Assembly: GCF_006345805.1 (NCBI RefSeq)
Contig: NC_043022.1
Span: 20,336,001 to 20,400,000 of the forward strand
Length of the DNA: 64,000 nt
Reading direction: 5' to 3'
Origin: Octopus sinensis
Lineage: Eukaryota
Part shown: piece by piece, positions 60,758 through 64,000 of the stretch
Layout of the letters: every line of letters begins with the position of its first letter
How positions within the stretch are numbered: position 1 is the stretch's first letter
Notes under the pieces: generated by a model
Seen by the model: only the letters and a program-made list of their open reading frames with translations
Told to the model about the DNA's origin: nothing
The model's database searches: none
Position numbers and translations under genes: made by a program

Positions 60758-62944
60758 GTGTGTATATATATATACACACATCTTTGGTGATAAAAACATG
60801 AAAAGTAGAACTTAAAACATGAAGATAGGTACATTTCTTAATCAATATGTTAACATAAGATTTCGCCAAGGTCGACTTTGCCTTTCATCCTTTCAGGGTC
60901 AATAAATTAAGTACCAGATGCATACTGGGGTAAATCTAATCAACTGGCCCCCACCTCAAAAAAAATTTTTGGCCTTGTGCCTAGAGTAGGAAAGAATATT
61001 TTAGCAGAAGCAGCAGTGTGACTCAAGGGCCAAGAGTTTCATGTATTGACACTTACCAATGCACAAAACTCTCTGCCTTTCAGCTGCTCTGCTGTTTCCA
61101 TGAAAGATTTATAAAATATTTATTCTTTCATTCTTTTACTTGTTTCAGTCATTTGACTGGAGCCAAGCTGGAGCACCACCTTGCAGGATTTTAGTCGAAC
61201 AAATTGACCCCAGGACTTATTTATTAAGCCTAGCACTTATTTTATCAGTATGTTTTTGCTGAACCACTAAGTTACAAGGGCATAAACACATCAACATCAG
61301 TTGCCAAGCACTGACGGTGGAACAAACAGACACAAAAACACACACATATATACGACGGGCTTCTTTCAGTTTCTGTCAACCAAATCCACTCACAAGACTT
61401 TGGTTGGACTAAAGCTATAGTAGAAGACATTTGCTGAAGGTGCCATGGGATTGAACCCAGAACTATGTGGTTGGGAAGCAAGCTTCTTACCATGCAATGG
61501 TGATGCCCCAGCCAGGTCAAGTGTTTCGGGTTAATGACTCAAACATGTAAAAGATATATATAAACACACATGCATGCATATATATATATATATATATATA
61601 TCGTCCAGACTGCTCATTCTTTCTTTTTGGGTCTGACCGTGGTCCGTGCAACGTTGATATTCTTCCATGTTTGTGAAATTTTTGTATCTCTGCTGTAAGG
61701 TTTCATTTCCACATGCACCAGCTTAATTCAATTCGTCCTGTTTTTGTATACATTCGCTGCTTTCTTCCAAGAAATCTAATGCTCTTAGCTTAGTTTTTCC
61801 TTGGGGGCTGGCCAGATTGGGGCAACCTCAAAAATAATCAGCCGAAATTGTGAGGATAATCTGGTTCTTGATTGAAGATAGAAAACTTTGAATGACCCGT
61901 CCTTGTTTTTTTTTGGGTCAACCTTGTCATGCTGAATCTCCATGAGAACCATGTTAAGTGTATGTGTGTCTGTGGAATACTCAGCCAGCCATTTGGACCT
62001 TAATTTCACAAGCAAGATGTTCGATTGATCAGATCAACTGGAACACCTGTCATCGTAATTGACAGTAACAGCATGCACATAAAATGTGAAATCGTAAAGT
62101 GCAAGAATGCAGGTGTGTATGTCTGTGCATTTGTACAAATATTCACAATAGGACTGTACTAGACTGGGCTTAACTCTGTCATGGCCCCATGACTCATAAG
62201 GCAAGTGCTTAACTAGGTTTCCTTGGCGTGTACGTGATTGATTTGACTTAATTCTCAATCCCTTTGAAGGGGACACCGGTCCATCATAGAGTGAACTTCC
62301 CAGATATTACTGGAACTCATTAACAGTTGAGTGGAGTGGAGCAACGTGATATGAAGCTTTTTTTCTCAAAAACACAACTCACCACTCAGTCTGGGGATTG
62401 AAACCGTGATATTACGATCATGAATGCAACACCCATAGCCACTAGGCCACGCCTTCATACAGTACAGAAATAGGCACAATATATACATAAATGAACCACT
62501 GAGATCAACTTTGCCTTTCATCCTTTTGGAGTCTTAACCTAGAGCACTGGTGGTGATGGTGGGGGGGGCAGTAGAGCGGTGGTGGTGGGGGCAGTAGAGC
62601 GGTGGTGGGGGGGGCAGTATAGCACTGGTGGTGGGGGGGGCAGTAGAACACTGGTGGTGGTGGTGGGGTAATGTAATCAATTTACCCACTCCCTGAAAAG
62701 GTTGGCTTTCTGTCAGATTTTGTAACCAATATGTACATAAATGTTGTTTTGCATTTTCATGAACACTTGGGATGCAAACATACTTCTAGATATAAATAGG
62801 TCGACACATACAGTTAGGCTGACACACAAGTGTCTGTGCATATCTTCAATTTCTTATGTATTTATATGTGCATATCTGTGCATTAATGGCCAACATTGAT
62901 ACATAATACACTGTGTAACACAGTTATTGTCCTTTGGTACGAAT

Positions 62945-63171
62945 TACTCTTTACTCTTTTACTTGTTTCAGTCATTTGACTGTGGCCATGCTGGAGCACC
63001 GCCTTTTAGTCGAGCAAATCGACCCCGGGACTTATTCTTTGTAAGCCCAGTACTTATTCTATCGGTCTCTTTTGCCGAACCGCTAAGTAACGGGGACATA
63101 AACATACCAGCATCGGTTGTCAAGCGATGTTGGGGGGGACAAACACAGATACACAAACACACGCACCACAC

Positions 63172-63222
<51 letters not shown>

Positions 63223-63383
63223 ACAGGCTTCTTTCAGTTTCCATCTACCAAATCCACTCACAAGGCTTTGGTCGGCCCGAGGCTATAGTAGAAGACACTT
63301 GCCCAAGGTGCCACGCAGTGGGTCTGAACCTGGAACCGTGTGGTTGGTAAGCAAGCTACTTACCACACAGCCACTCCTATGCC
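62945..63383 (-). mobile_element. tRNA-derived SINE, family 1
   Basis: Full-length reverse copy; a more diverged copy lies at ~61125-61495. Confidence 0.8.
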
Positions 63384-64000
63384 TATTTGTTATTTTCTAT
63401 TTGAAAAATAGCTAATATTTCCTTCAAACTTTGCTTTTGTTACATTTATTCAAACCCCAAGGAATCCCTTTCAACACATGGCTATTATGCTCCCCACCTA
63501 CTCTTGCTCATGATCAGAGATGCACATATTGACAGTCACTAAGGGACATGCTCAAAGATCAAGCAACTGACAAGCAAATCTGTAGTATTGTGCAGAATAT
63601 TTGCTATAATGATATTTCTGCTTCAGTAACTCAGCACTGAATCTTTCTGAAATGTAACAGAAAATTAGTCAGTTTCAAAACATTGACGTCCAGGTCACAG
63701 AAGCAAAGTTTGAAGGGAGTAATAGTTATTTCCTTTGATTTCTAGACAAGAGTAAATAGGAAATAGCACTTAGTAGAAAAAGACAAAAAAAATTTTTTAA
63801 TTGAAAGTTTGTTACACAGTGTTATATGACATATCGGGTACAATATATATGCATACATACATATATACACACCTACATACATACACAGTAGAAGTTAACC
63901 CATGAGTAAGACCATTTCCTTAAAACTAGAAAGTCTGTGCAGATGTTCTGAGAATCCAAGAAATTCCTTGGTGTGAGTTTCTTTTGAGTGAATAAAGTGT

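Overview
AT-rich, microsatellite- and retroposon-dense animal genomic DNA. The repeat repertoire looks like octopus/cephalopod, which is an inference. The window holds two tandem, recently duplicated clan-3 (CYP3A-like) cytochrome P450 genes, both on the minus strand. Copy A has coding exons 1-12 at 17692->1882, and its heme-binding and last exons are not in the window. Copy B has coding exons 2-14 at 55320->28348, and its exon 1 was not found. All splice sites are canonical GT-AG and the frame stays open across every junction. Several exon sizes equal those of human CYP3A4, with one extra intron and an Asn/Asp-rich H-I loop insertion. Between the two genes is an isolated, intact exon encoding part of a Mind bomb (MIB1/2) SH3-like repeat. 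Introns and intergenic DNA contain a near-complete piggyBac whose empty site is visible in the paralog, a long RTE LINE with a tandemly amplified 3' end, a CR1 fragment, and Tc1/mariner, hAT, Chapaev3-like, Helitron and Gypsy remnants, plus several tRNA-derived SINE families. The most unusual signals are two. First, at least four distinct families of minimal hammerhead-ribozyme-like motifs sit in inverted-repeat (Penelope-like) units, one fused behind a tRNA-derived Pol III head. Second, a 22-copy intron-1 array has a constant 20-mer that matches a full p53-family response element at 18/20 positions. All calls were made by eye and no searches were run.
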